Shown piece after piece: positions 1 through 13,890 of a stretch of DNA of 39,595 bases. Position 1 is the first letter of the stretch; each line of letters opens with the position of its first letter. Where the stretch lies: NCBI GenBank assembly GCA_900617105.1, contig UYFQ01000091.1:1-39595 (forward strand). Direction: 5' to 3'. The notes under the pieces were generated by a model, which was not told the DNA's origin, did not search any database, and was given only the letters and a program-made list of their open reading frames with translations. The stretch is from Hydrurus foetidus (taxonomy: Eukaryota). Both the position numbers and the translations under genes were made by a program.

Positions 1-327
1 GTCATTTCTGCCCTAATTCGAGCCTGTCCTCTGGCACTGATGCAAGCGTTGCCTATCACTGGAAGATATCCTTTACACATCGTATTGTCTGATTCTCGCT
101 TATGTTTGAATGCGAATAACTTTGAAGTCGCAAAAATCCTCATGAAAGGTTATCCCGAGGCAGCTGTCATAGAAGGTTCTTGTGATGTTTTCTCCACTCA
201 GAAACTGACACCTTACAAGCGCGCTGAAGAATTTTGTCCAGAGGTAATGCATGGGAATCAATTTTGTGACATTTTTTCACTGCAGTGCCTCGGACAGTTA
301 CGGACAACATGTGCACATAGTGAATAA
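1..327 (+). CDS. 3' end of an ankyrin-repeat-like protein (partial, begins before window)
   Basis: Frame open from base 1: VISALIRACPLALMQALPITGRYPLHIVL...FEVAKILMKGYPEAAV resembles degenerate ankyrin repeats (G-x-x-PLH...LL-x-x-YP-x-A). Possible short in-frame intron near 245-286. Confidence 0.5.
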   Translation, partial: VISALIRACPLALMQALPITGRYPLHIVLSDSRLCLNANNFEVAKILMKGYPEAAVIEGSCDVFSTQKLTPYKRAEEFCPEVMHGNQFCDIFSLQCLGQLRTTCAHSE

Positions 328-1565
328 ACAGTACTTCAATCCACTGTTTCAATTTGACCTTACCAGTCACTTTTACAGTTGCCGTGGTTAATGTGATTAA
401 TCCTATGTATTGCGTGGACAACTTTATGACGATTACTTTCTTTTTTGGAACAACTTTCCTTGTGCATGATCCCCTTGCTCTCTGATTTCCTGTCTGTTTA
501 TCATGCTTGTCAGTGATTCTTGTCTCATCAAATAAGACATTCAAGTCAGACCATCTCATCACTAGATTCCATCCCAACCACCTCTTTATCCATGTTACAT
601 TCAGCTGTTTCTCTTTATGGAAAACCATTTCGTGGAAATTGGCCTTCGACGAATGTTCTTTTCAAGTTCAAGGAAGAGAAACGTTCTTGGGAGCAACGTC
701 ACATCTTCTCAGAACATTATTTTGTCTTGAAGAATCTTCTTCGGAATGTCTCCAGGAATCGGGTGACCCCGAAAAAGATTCTATCGAAAATCTAGAGGAC
801 TGCAGGAAAGAAGAGACCACTCATCACTGAGAGAGTTTTTCACTAAATTTTTTAAGCTACACATTTTTGTTATTTTAGTGCGTACTTGTGAAACATATCT
901 ACAGGGCATTCAATTCTTGCAAATAATTGCCGATGAATAAATAGTAACTAGATCGCAATTAGAGATAGAGGAGCAAAGTGACGCCATGCATGTCACACAT
1001 CTGCGTCACTCGTCATTTCGTTCTTCAACTTCATTTCTCTTGTCATGTCTTGTCGGACTAATTTTTCCGTGAAGAATATGTGTTATTTACGTTCTTGCTT
1101 TGTGTTGCATTTTATGTTTTATGTTTTTTGCATGACAAGCCAGTGTGGAATCCCCACTATCGATCTTCTATATTTTCTCCTTTTCTGGTCAACTTAGAAT
1201 CGCCAACATTCGTGAGTCCGTGAAATAAATGCAAGATTCCCATTTTTCGAATGTCCTTTATTTCTTGTGTTGATACAAAAGGATGAGAAAAATTGTAAAT
1301 GTCAGACGGAAAGAAAAAGTTCAATTCGCAGTCAGCAATGTCTTTTCTTCTCTCCTCACTTTCTTATCCGCGACACAGCGTGGTTTAGATTGCTTATAAA
1401 AACAATTTCAACAACAATGTCGGGTTAAATATTCATTTTCATATCATATAGACACAACGCATTTCTGAATCAATGTAAGCCAATTTATTTCCTCCAATCT
1501 TTCTACAGTACAGAATTTGAATCATAGAATTAAGTCAGAATTAGTGCGATAGTCCTTGTTTCGGT

Positions 1566-4500
1566 TCAAATGTCCAGGTCTTCTGACCACTCAAACGGTG
1601 CAGGTGCTTCGGCTTCTTCTTCCATTCCTAAGAACACTCTCTCCACTAGTACGTACGTACGTGTGAGAAGAAGAAGAAGGAGGAGGGGTTTTATGATAGG
1701 GGAGTGTAGAGGGCGTTGAGTTGGTTTCTCAGTGGTCAGAGATTACTCAATGCTGTGACTTCATGTATGCTGATAGACAGACAGACAGACATCTATTAGG
1801 GACAGACATCACACAGTGTTGCACTTGTGTACAGACGGTCGAAGGCAATGGAAGTCACATCAGACAAAGCGATAGACAGTCAAACACAGTCAGTCTCAGA
1901 CGATAGAATACTCGCACAGATAAATACTGGCCTCAACATGTTCCATTAAATAGTCAAATGCCTTCTAAAATATCTACATGTGTACCCTTACCTCTTGTAA
2001 CTTCTTCAGGCAAGGAGGACTGTGTGTCGGAGAGCATGATGATGCCCAGAGGGGGGCGACCAACAGCTCCTACAGTAACAGTCATATCGTGTCAAGGGGA
2101 GAGGAAATAAGAGGAGTGAACAGAAGTGTAGGGAAAGGAAGTGGAGATTATTGAATTGGAAGAAAAAGAGGGAGTGGGGTAAGGGGAGCCATCGCGAATG
2201 AGCAACACAGTGCAGTGCAATATCGTACCTCCTGCCAAGTGCACCATGCTCACAGGCACGTAGCGCTGAGAGGGCTGCAAAGAGATGAATCTCCCTTGAG
2301 GGGGGGTAACTCTGGAGGGGTTAGAGAGGGAGAAGGAAGTCGCTTCCTTTTCTTTCTTAGGCTTCTCCTCTTCCATTGGTTTCTCCTAAGAAATGAAAGG
2401 ATGTAGTACGTCATTAACAAGTTCAAGTTGAAGTTCAGCTTAGAGCTGTACTATAAAAATCACTTTGGGATTTTGCTGTGCTGAAAGAGCGCCTCTGATT
2501 TTCACGTGAGTAGGTCGTCTTACTGTTTTGTTCTACGGTGGAGTTCTCAGATGAATAGTTCTGAAACTGAAACGTCACTATTGCTCGACCAGGACTGCGT
2601 TGACGAAAGTATCGTTGAGTGGTGTCCTATGACCTTACACTCCGTGCGTACCTCGACACTCATGTAAGAAGCGGTGGACAAGTGAGACGTGACCCTTTCC
2701 ATTGTGGGACCTGTGGGGAAGGCAGAGAGGGAAGGGTTAGTGTCGAATGGGAATAATGAAGGTGTGGGAAAGAAAGGGAGATAAAAGAGAGGGAATGGAA
2801 TGAAAGCAGTGAGGAGTGTGTAAGAGGGCTTGCAGGTGTCCGTTAGGTATGCAGAAACTGCCATGTAGATGACGTCATGGCAGTGGAGACTGAGAAACAG
2901 ATACGCATTTCATCACGGAAGAAGAAGAGAGGAAAAGTATCAAACAAATAGGAAGCCGGAAAGGACTGAGAGAGGCTGCTAGATAATATATGTCGGAAAA
3001 GCACTTCAGAGGGAAGAGAGGACTGTGGACCGACCTTCGGAATTGATCGATGAACCCAGTCCAGATGCTGTAAGCCGCCTCGCTTCTTTTCTTGCTTCTC
3101 TACGAACACACAAGAGAAGGAGAGAGTAAATGATGGAGATAGAGAGAGGGAGAGAGAAGAGACAAAGGACTGTTGTATTGAGTTGTGTCACGAAAAGGTG
3201 TATCAAAAAGAGAAGAGAAGTGAAGAGAGGAGGAAAAGGTGGGTAAAGTCGAAGAGAAGAGAAAAGAAGAAGGTGTTCTCTGCTACTCAGCATGATCTCG
3301 GTCTACAGAATGATACTTATTAGATGGCCAGGAGAGTGGGGCACGCCAGTCAGTACGTGCGACATGTACGCACCTAGCTTTGGCACGTACGGTTGTGGAG
3401 AGTACGGCAGTGGCGACTGGCTTCTTCTCATCTGCACAAAAAAAACGAACGAAATGATGGACATTTCCACAAAATAAGATTAATTACGATTTGTGATTTT
3501 CATCGCAGTCTGGAACGATGCGTGTGATGTGCTAGGAGAGCGATAGCGGAGTGGGTTTGCATGTTCTACCTTCTTTTTTCTCTTCAAGTTTAGGGTAGGA
3601 GAACATGGAGGGGGGAGCAGCGCACGTTACTTCGAAGCCGTTGGGCATGTCGAACTCCTGAGGGGCAAGACGAGAGAGAAGATGAATGAGGGATAGAGGG
3701 AGGGAGGGTAAAAGGAAGGGCAAAAACAATAAATGAAAGTAATCAGTGGATCACCAAGTTATCATTACGTCATAAATAATGTATGTACGTATGTATGTAT
3801 GTATGTATGTACATATTAATGTACGTGTTGTACCTTGTTTAATCCGATGAGCATGGTGGGTGAGAATGCGAGGGAGAGGAAGTGGGACAGAGGATACCAA
3901 TACCAAAACTGAAGGAACATCAACACGCCCACCGCTCCGCTGTGAAGAAAACAAACGTTTGAATTCGATCAAGGAAAGAGTACAGACAGGAATTCAATGT
4001 ATGGGGGTGATAGTATCTGATGACGATATTGCTTGCATAGAATTCTTCGCTTTTTATCCAAGAATTTAGTGATTGCATACATCAGATAATGGTTGTAGAT
4101 AATATCCAATGACTCTCTCGGACAGTCAGCGCTCAAACAGTCGCATCAGATTAAATTGCACAGTTTAAGCGAGCGATGACAGTTTACGGTACGATTATTT
4201 TGTGCAGTGAATTGAATGACTCGAGATGCGATATACTGCATGTGCTCCATATCAGCTACTTCCACTCACCCCATTTTCAAGAAGCCTGCTCTGGACTGCA
4301 TGCTCACAACAACGTTCCTCCCTCCCGCATCCAATATACCGGCTGCCAAAATAGCGCCTTTGAAATAGTTCGAAATAGAAGTGGCGAGACGTCACGTGCA
4401 AGTGTGAGGATGGGAAGTGAGGATGATGGGTGACAGTAAGGGGGACGATAAGAGAGGGATATATTTGTGGACTCACCGGATTTGGTGATGATGGGTTGGT

Positions 4501-7500
4501 GCTTGTCAGCGATGACGGCGGTGAGGTGGTCTCGGAACTTCTTCACGGATGGACTGCGTGCCTCTGCTGTTTGCTGCATCACCAGAGCGAGGGAAATCTG
4601 ATAGGAAAAAGGAGGAAGTGAAGGAGGGAGAAAAAGAGAGAGAGGAAGAAGTGGTGGGGTTAAGATAGGATGAGATAGACGGTTGGGTGTGGGAAATGAG
4701 AAAATAAAGAAGAAAGGATGAGGAGGAAAAGTACTGGAAAGGGAGGTTCATATACAGCAACAGGCAGTACGCAGCGCTTACCAGTGCGCCTTGTCTGACG
4801 AAGTCCACCTGGTCCTCTAGCATTGGGGTCAGCAGGTCAAGGGCCTCTTTGTTGGCAGTGCCAGCACAGGATATGCCCACTGCCATGCATGCACCACACC
4901 GCACCTGCGACAGTGAGGACAAGGGGACATGAGGCGAAGGTGTGAGTGTGATGTTTGTAAAAAGAATATGGTGTGTGTGTGTGGGTGGATGTGTGTCGTG
5001 TTTGAAGAATGGGGAAGGTATAAAGTTCTTAATCGTACAGGATCGGTGGAGATAGTGCGTGACTGATTTGGTATCAACATATTGTTTGGCACAATGTGGC
5101 GGCTATCGTATGAATTGGTTAAGTGCACTTACGTGAGGGTTGAAGGATTCTGCGAGTAGACTGACTAGTTTTGGTACCGCCTCTGGGGTGCGGAATAGCA
5201 CAAAGCTGCGAAATAGAATATGATGAAATGAAATTAAATTCAGCGGGATGGGATGGAGGATTGATGCGAGAGAGGGAAATGGGGAGGGACGATGAATTTG
5301 AGGGAGGGTGAAGGAGAAAGAGGGGGAGTGGAAGAGGAAGGGAAGAAAGTTAGTGGGGAATATAGTCCAGGGGGAAATAGTAATTGGTAGCGAGGAAGAT
5401 TAAAAAAGAGCAATTATGTCAGGGTTTACGTGCATCTGGAATGGGGTCGACACGTGCGTACTTACCCCAGAGCTGTGACTGCTGCTCTGCGTACGTCATC
5501 GCTGACGTCACTCACCGCTACGTGCAGCAACTGCAAGGTAGAAGGGGAGAGAAGAGGGATGAGAATAAGGAAGGAACAGTTGAGAAGTGCATGAGGGGTG
5601 ATAGAGTTGGAGAGAGAAGGGTCAAGAGGAGAGGGATCAAGTAATGTGTCTGCGGGGAGGCGAATACTACGATGATAAAGATCGTATTGACAAGGATATA
5701 TGTTGAGTTTAGCGTAGCATTAGACTCCAGGAAACGTTTAGACTGCCTCCTCTGAACAACTTGCCCTCCCAAATATGGAACATCAGGAAGAATGGAGAAG
5801 AAGTTACATACTACAGAGAGATAATATGGCTGCAGCTAAATACAGTAGAGAGAAGGAGGGAGATAATGTCACACCTTTCTGATGCTGCCGTTGTCCGCTG
5901 TGCCGCAGTAAGCCATGGCGATGGCATACATGCCACCGTAACGTACGATGGGATCTGAGTGGGGTGGAAAGTATACAGTGTAATTATGCGTGTAATGCAG
6001 TTACTTGGGCAATGAGAGAGTGTCTACTGTGCGTCGTACATTGTGAATCATTTGTGATGAGAGGAATAGTAAAGGTGTAAGGGAAATCGGGGAATGGCAG
6101 TGCATAGATGTTTCTTTCAGTTAGTGATGCGTCAGTAATGTAGTATGGAATAAATAGCGGATGGACTGGACTGGAGAGAAAAAGAGGGGGAGGCATTTCA
6201 AATACTTTGATTGGAAAGAGCGTTTGATAGCGCACTTCTATCACCGCTTCATTTTGTTTCAAATAGTTATCATTTTATCTGAATGCCTTATGACTCATGC
6301 AAATATGAATGATTACCTCTGTCTTTTGACAGCTGCTCGATGATAGTGTCGGCGCTCTCTTCCTTGCCGTACACCATCATAGCAATAGCCAGGGCAAGAG
6401 CTCTGTAAGGAAAAAGAGAGAGAGGGGGTGGGGCGGTTGAGGAAGGGGAGGGGGAGTGCGTATCGGAGATATATATATAAAGAGGAAGGAGGGAGAGAGA
6501 GACAGAGAGATAAGTATCAAAAAGACTCTATTCTGCAGCATATCACGCGTACGTGACGTACCTCACAATTTTCTCGTGGGACGTGTCGTGAGAGTAATTC
6601 AATAGATCCGGTATGATGGTCTGAGCTAGAGTAGAGTCAGACTGGCCAAGCATCAGCAGACCTGAGGAGAGGAAGAGAAGGTGGTGAGAAGAGAGAGTGA
6701 GAAAAAGACAAAGGAGAACATGAAGAAAGAGATGTGTTGATGTAAATGGGACGGAAAGGGAGGGGAAAGGATGGACAACTTAAAAGAAGAAGAGGAAAAT
6801 GGCTGCAATTGACGAATCGTCGAAATAATTCACCAATAGATGAATACAGAGAAAAGAGAGCCACGTGCCAATTCATGCCGCAACATTAGTCGTTACTTCA
6901 CTTCACTTCACTTCATTACAGTGCAATGCAGTTAGGTCCGTTACAAAACTCACCGATAGCGAGTGCTGCTCCTTCACCAGCCACTGCCGAATCCGTGAAA
7001 AGAACTGTGCGCAGAGAATCAAACAGACCCTGAGGGATGGAGAGTAGTAGATGCGATATCAGATTAAGTGACGGTGCAGTGAGATTAAATTTTGTTATGA
7101 GTGAAATGATGTTGCTCGACACTATTTCGTAGTTAAGACACTACCGACCCCTTGTAATTGATAGATGACAGATACAGACATTGCACGGAATTGTCGACAG
7201 GGGTGAAAACGAGAGTCTGAAGTGGAGTAATCAAAAGAGTCGGGACAGAATGCAGTAAAATAAGATAGCGAGCAGTACAGAAGAGACGATATCCTTGAAG
7301 GTAGATCAGGCGTGAGAGAAATAGACACTGAGATAGACATGAACAAGAACACGCATGCGTACCTCGTCCCCCGTGGCCATTGCAGCCAGACCCACTCCGA
7401 GACAAGCTCCGTGCTGCACCACGTCATTGGTGCCGCTGTTCTTGAGTGCTTCCGAGAGATAAGAAATGGCAGTGGAGTCACCAGCACCGCCTAGGAAATA

Positions 7501-10500
7501 GATGAGAAAGGGAGAGAGGGGGAGGGTGTGAGACGAGGAGAAGAATGAGTTATTTTTGGTATACAAAAGCTGTGTAAAGTGCATCAGGCCGAAAGTACAT
7601 ACAGAGTCTGCACTACATGGCAGGGCTTTCAACACCCATGGCTTGCGAAGCAGAAGGGGTCACACTTCCTCCTACGTCTCATATGAACTGTGTGATCAGT
7701 GCTTTTTATGGGTTACCTTTATTTGCGTGGATGAGGCCCAAGGCATAGAGAGCTCCTGACTCCGAGTAAGGGGATGAAGATCGACCACCTGACATCCAAG
7801 TGGGGGTGAAGGGAGGGAGAAGGATATAAGCACACACAGGTGAGAAGAGTCAGTGCAGTTTGCTGATGAAAATGATGAACGATAGATGCGGAAACTCATT
7901 GTTCTGAGATGCGATGCATCGCAGCGCTAAATACACTACTGGGACCAGAAGCGGAGGTTTGTCAATGTCGTAGTAGTTATGAGACATCGCACTATAACAT
8001 GCTATCTGTTGTAGTCACCTTGCGGTAAGTACGGTTGGAGAAGGTTCATGGATTCTCGTACGTGTCCTTTGTGCACCACACCGATGCTTGCCACAGCAGT
8101 GAACTTGGCCCAGTTAGTAGCCTTGCCTAGCCAGTCAAGATTCTCCCTCAGGAAATTGTCACGGGTGGTACCTGTGAGAAGGAAAGAGAGGGTAAGAATG
8201 AGAGAAAGAAAGACGGAAAGAAAGAAAGAGGGGAGAAAGAAAAGAAAGGATAAGAAAAAATGGTGGGAAGCAGAACAGACGAAAAAAATGTTTTGAGAGG
8301 GGCCGGAGAATTGCTAAATGTAGGGGTGAGGATAGAGGATATAGGCAGATTGATTAGAAGAGGCGGAACCCGGGAACAATTTTTTTACAAATTGAATGTA
8401 TGTATGTAAATTATGTGGATGTATCTTATCTTTTTCTATCGCAATACCATGACTCGGGCCAAGCAATCCAGACAGAATGCAGACATAAGTACCAAAAGGA
8501 GTGACTTCGTCGCAACATGGAGTGCAAACGTACCTGCGTTCATGTACGCATGTGCAACTACGGTGGCGTTGTGCAGTACGTTACTCCTGCCTTCTGTGGC
8601 TGTTTTTATGTCTTTCAATATGGCTACGTCAGTGTGAGTTGATTTGAATAAAAAATTCAAAGTCAAATCGACATCGAAACCTGGACGAAAAAGTGACATT
8701 TGAATGACGTGTTAAGAAGGAGTAAGGAGAGATGCGATGAAGCAGAGCGTAGTAGAAGAAAGGACGGATAGGCGCAGTTACCGATTTTCATAGGAAGAGC
8801 GGTTCGCGTTGACATAAATGGAAACAAGGAGACAACACAGCAGGAATCACAGAAAGACACGGCACAGAGGATTGCAGTACTCGTCTAGGCATCTCAACAA
8901 CATGAATTCAATAAATTGCAATAGAATTCTAACCTTCGACCAACACTTTCCTCAGTTTGCCCACTCTTTCCTTGTACACTTCTTCTGGCACGGAGGAGTT
9001 CTGGAAGGAGGTAGCGAAAGAGGAGGTGGAGGCCTCTTGCACTGGTGCTTCTACTACTTCTAATAATAGAAAGTAAGCGAATAGTTTCTTAGTGAAGAAA
9101 TATGAATAAAGTAAAAGAGAATTTCTCGCGATTATGTCTCTGTTCGGTGTTAGCCAGGCTGTCAGTGCAGGATAAAGCGCAATTTAAGAGAAAGGCAGTA
9201 CAGTACAGTACAGTACAGTAGAGCTCAGTACGGGCATGCGTACATACGTACCCATGTGTACTTGTTCTTGTCCATCCACGTTCATTTCATCACCCACCGA
9301 TGTAGCAGAAGCAGTGGCGGTGGATGCCTCAACAGGCGCAACTGTATCGAAGAAAAGAAGAAATATAAAAGAACGTGTAGACGACTAAGATGACTACTAA
9401 ATTATCAATAAGTGATGATGTGGGAGGAAAATAAAATGAGAAAGAGATGCGGTCAGATTAAGTATACGTATGAAGTCTGTGGTCGCAATGGGGATAGGAG
9501 ATATATGATACGAGATAAGGTCTACCGGAGAGTCCTTTGAAGTTGGAGATTATCTTGAGCACGAATCCTTGGTTCTCGGTTTCTTGCAGATCGAACGCGA
9601 TTTGGTACGCCTGTAACGCATTCTCTAATGTGCCTGAAATAAGACGGAATACAATAGTGCGACACTTTAGAGAGGTGGGATGGAGGGGCAGAGAAGGAAA
9701 AATATGCAGTGATTCGCAGACAGATAGTTTGACATGGCTTGTTAATAGAGTGAAATAAAAGACGGCTACCTCTGCATAAGTTGTCCAGTGTCTGAGCGAC
9801 ATCAGCAGGCCTGTCGAGGTACTGTAGACCGAAGCACACATTGGAGTAATCCGGTTGAGCCAATGTCCCGTACTGCTTCACAAGCACGGAAATGACCTCT
9901 AACCGAAATTCTCTCGGACGAATGTTCTTAGCGGATTGGCAGAGATTGAAGGTGTATCCTAGTAGGTCACTCTTGCCCGCATTGATGGCTACGGCACAGG
10001 CCTCTTCCACTTTGTCGATTCTACGTGTGTCCAATGCAATGCCTGAAGAAGGGAAGGGACGAAAGAAGTGTGTCGGTAATGGAGTGAGGAGCGTGAAGGA
10101 GGATGAAGGATGGTGTAAAAGAAAGAAGTGCGTTTCGAAGAGAGAGGAGAAGGTGGTATGGCTGAGTTATCAAGACTGACTGGCTAACTAACTGACTGAC
10201 CAACAGTCTGCACATCATCCGTACAGTCATCGTCATGATAGACATAGTACTGTATCACAAGACATCACTAATCTCTCTCTGCCCTCTCAGTGATAAGGCA
10301 TGTCCCAGTTCAGATCACATCAACGGGGGTTTCGATTTCACGTTATTTTACTGTGTCTACAGATAATTGCTGCGCTTAGGTGCACTTCCATGCACCCCTA
10401 GTTCTTCCATTTCTATCTCGTCACCCAGAAGCCGTCAAACTCTTCACTTAAGTGCCATATATTTCACTGACCATTGAAGTGCCTCTAATTTATTGCTGCG

Positions 10501-12304
10501 TAACGAATACTTTGCATTGTCTGCATCATTATCTCATCCATAAACCAGAAGTTTCTGAGATGATGTGGACCACGCGCTCTGCACCTCATTACACCTCTTT
10601 GCGACACTCCCGACAGACAGCACAACACTTGACGATGATCTGCTACCCTCCTCACGCAGAGATCATCTCCCGACAAATATTCAACTATCAATCCGCAAAT
10701 GCCGGATAATTACGACACAGCTGAGTGCATGCCTTGTGCACGTACGCATTTGATGCTTATATACAAATGCATGCGTGCGATCGTACCTATGGCTTGTTCG
10801 TAGCACGAGTCTCTGAAGCACCTGGCGAACATCTGCTCCATGATGTGCTCCATGCGAGGATCAATCGTAGCCTGCAAAATGAACACATGGAATTAAATGC
10901 TACGTCCGAGTACAGCGCTCTCAGAATAACAGTGAACACGGGAGACATTACGACATAATGATTGTAAGAAAAGCGTATCAAGATCTACAATAAAGTACAA
11001 GAAATACAACAGTAGGAAGTAGGAAGCAGACAAATAAATGAATAACGTGATAAAGCGCATAATGTACCGTAGGATCGGTCTCTTGTAACTCTCTCTGGCC
11101 CTTGTACTCGTCAATGCATTTCGCAATTATGGTGTCGACATACTCGCTTTTGGTAGAAATGTCCAGGTATTGCCCAGCGCATAATGCAAGGCGAAGTGCG
11201 TCATTGTATTCTGATAAAACATTCATGCGTCAGTAAGGGGGGAGATTAAGACAGGCTACTAAATGCTATTCGTAGTACGCAGTGCTATGAGCATTGAATT
11301 GTCGATACTAATCAGAGAATGGAGATGAAAAAAACAGCGCAAAGTAATGATGAATACAGCATGCAGCATTGTGGACAGTCGTGCAGTCTTGATAAACAAT
11401 GAAGTGTCCCAAATCAGGGGAATGAGTAATTTATTACAAAACCATTGAGATCACGTAAGAAGTTCTCCTCCAACGTCGGACAAACGCATTGAATGAAAAG
11501 TGTTGGGATAAGCCACGATACCTTGAAGGTGATAAAAACATTTCGAAGCAACAGCTGCCGCCAGATCCGCAGCGGGGAATGTCGGGTCCTCACTGAGTTC
11601 CTCTAAACAGTTTAAGTTAAGTGCGTCAGTGTTATTAGATGTTCACCATCTCATGGATAATGTCGCTTTATCAGTAACATATAGAAGATATGTCAATGAC
11701 AATCTATCACACAATATGTATCATCCATGTAGAAGAGAATAGACGCATTGCCATCCAAAATTGTGCACTTCCAGAGACGCCAGTCTGGTAATTAGATGAC
11801 GTGAAGAACAGGAAAAATGCAGTGCAAAAGCAGCTCATGTTAAATAGTTACCGATAAGAGGAAGAGAGTTGCACACTTCAGCCCAGTGAACGTCTACTAT
11901 GAGAAACAGTTTCTTCAATGCGCGGATCTGATGGGAAATAGATGACCGAATTATCTCGATTAGAATATTGAGAGATCAATAAATCTGATACGGCGCATGA
12001 AGGGTAATCAAGGGCAGAATGCCTCGACATCCTTCGAGATTATCAGAGACCAATTCACAGAGTCCAGGATTGTAGTTAATATCTTAACATTCTACATCAC
12101 AGAAGACGAGTGGTGTTCACTTGCTAAGAAAGTGATGATTCCTTAAGTAAGCTAAGGCGAGGAGAAAAAAATACGACCAAATTGCCCGACTCTTATCTCC
12201 ATTTCATTTGATAAGGCAGTAACATCATCTAGTCTCACCTTGAGATCATTTCCAGACTCATCAAGATAAGCGATAATTCCAGCCGCTGTATGTGAGGCAT
12301 GCAT
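1566..12304 (-). CDS. RPN2: 26S proteasome regulatory subunit Rpn2/PSMD1, about 30 exons
   Basis: Manually spliced GT-AG exons give [41 protein letters not shown] (ATG at 12304), [124 protein letters not shown] and C-terminal [18 protein letters not shown] (stop 1566-1568). All match known Rpn2 motifs. Confidence 0.96.
9196..9220. repeat. (CAGTA)5 microsatellite in an Rpn2 intron
   Basis: Five perfect CAGTA units read directly. Confidence 0.85.
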
Positions 12305-12992
12305 TTTGGGGAAGAAAAGGAAATTTCAGTTAGTCTGACTGCTGCTGCTATTACAGAAGAAATTGAAGGAATTACAATTCAAGTGATCTCACGCAATTAT
12401 ACTTGAATTTCATTATCGATCTTATCAGATGCTGCTGATCATGAGGTTTACAGGATTGGTAACATTTATTAGAATCAATTAAACAAAACCGATAGACTAC
12501 TTTTTAGAGCTGCTGCGACGACAGCTGTAATAGTAGATTCGGGTGCCATATACCTGAAGAGCTAGGGGGCTGGAAAAGAGGCAACTGAGCTGCCACTGCT
12601 ACCGACATGTTACGGAAACTAGTAAATCAAACTTACAGAAATGCTTTCACAGAATCGGCAAATTCCACGTCTCCGAGAACTCGCAATGGATGTGAGATCC
12701 GGAGCAGTTGAAGAACCGTCGAATGCTCTATAGAACGTTATGTTCGTTGTGCGATGCGATGAAGAAAGTTGTCACAAAGCGTGTGACAGTTTTGAAGTCT
12801 GAAGTCTGAAGAACAATCAATCGAATTAAAATTGCGTTGAGTTTGGCCGGGAGGTCCAAAGTCCGAAGTCAGTTGCGGCGGAACCCACTGTTGACAATTC
12901 GGATTGTCCGGATCAATCTCTCGGTAAATGTTTTACCTGACGCTGGCGGCGACACAGCGACGTGGGAAATCTGCCGAAAAGTAGTTAGTAAG

Positions 12993-13253
12993 TTGGGGGG
13001 GGGGGCGGTTCTACGAGCCCGCCAGTGGCGGATGTGCTCCGTATGTTGTGTGGGAACTGAAAATTAGTGTGTTTTTAATGCGTTTTATTTTTGTGTTATC
13101 ATTTACAGACAATTATGTGCTTGGGGGGGGGGGGCGGTTCTACGAGCCCGCCAGTGGCGGATGTGCTCCGTATGTTGTGTGGGAACTGAAAATTAGTGTG
13201 TTTTTAATGCGTTTTATTTTTGTGTTATCATTTACAGACAATTATGTGCTTGG
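12993..13253. repeat. Tandem direct duplication, period about 129 bp, each unit starting with a G11/G12 run and a CCGCCA-G-TGGCGG palindrome
   Basis: Unit starting 12993 is repeated from 13121; identical except G-run length (11 vs 12). Junction microhomology TTGG. Confidence 0.95.
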
Positions 13254-13715
13254 ATGTAATTCTCTCAATCTTTTATATTCCTGTCTTATGATGTGTTTTT
13301 CCTGAGGGGAAGCACCAAATTGGTTAACTGTTAGTGGAGCAAGCAGAGTTAGTTTTGCTAATTCCGTTGGTAGCGAAGTGGCGACATAGTCAAGACCTCT
13401 TGCGAATGGTTTTTTCACTGACGGTTCAATTACAGCTCCAAACTTTGTTGTTGCACCTTGCGTGTTGTGTGTTGTTGATGCGAATGCTGGTTCTAGTGGT
13501 ATTTGCCATCTGTGATAATTTTTACTGTTTTCGTCGTCAACTGTTGTGATTGCAACAAATGGTATTATATTGGGGATTGTCCGTGATATGGAATATCCAA
13601 TCGGTAGGTCCATTTATACAAATATAGTTGGTATTTCTCTGTCGATGACCTCATTGAACTCTGAGGATTTAGGCATTAAACATGTTGGTATTTGTCCCGT
13701 AAGTGCGAAACCAAC
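13242..13715 (-). pseudogene. Decayed C-terminal fragment of a PIF1-family (SF1B) helicase, likely transposon-derived (Helitron-like)
   Basis: RWQIPLEPAFASTTHNTQGAT...PFARGLDYVATSLPT matches PIF1 C-terminal motifs (R-x-Q-x-PL-x-x-A-x-A-x-T-x-HKSQG-x-T ... F-x-x-G-x-x-YVA-x-SR) with degenerate key residues. The frame continues upstream through an in-frame TAA (VGFALTGQIP...EIPTIFV*MDLP). No introns. Confidence 0.75.
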
Positions 13716-13749
13716 TCGATTTGATTTCGATGATGCGATTCTATTTCAA

Positions 13750-13890
13750 TAGAGTGTTTCTGCAAACCCGATTTCGCACTTTTCGCACCACGCCCGGATT
13801 GAGGAGCGTGCAGTAACGGTAAATTTGAGTGCGTTTACGACAAGCAGTGCTGCGAAAAGTGGTCAAAATCGGGTTTGCAAAAACGCTCTA
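13750..13890. mobile_element. 141-bp MITE-like element with 25-bp TIRs
   Basis: TAGAGTGTTTCTGCAAACCCGATTT (13750-13774) vs reverse complement of 13866-13890, TAGAGCGTTTTTGCAAACCCGATTT: 23/25 identical. TSD readable as TA or AT. Confidence 0.75.

Noticed and set aside
167..830. Overlapping ORFs of 91-153 aa on both strands
   Set aside because: No recognisable motifs and no consistent spliced model.
1721..11226. Numerous 60-140 aa ORFs
   Set aside because: They are Rpn2 exons read through into introns, antisense shadows, or low-complexity intron translations.
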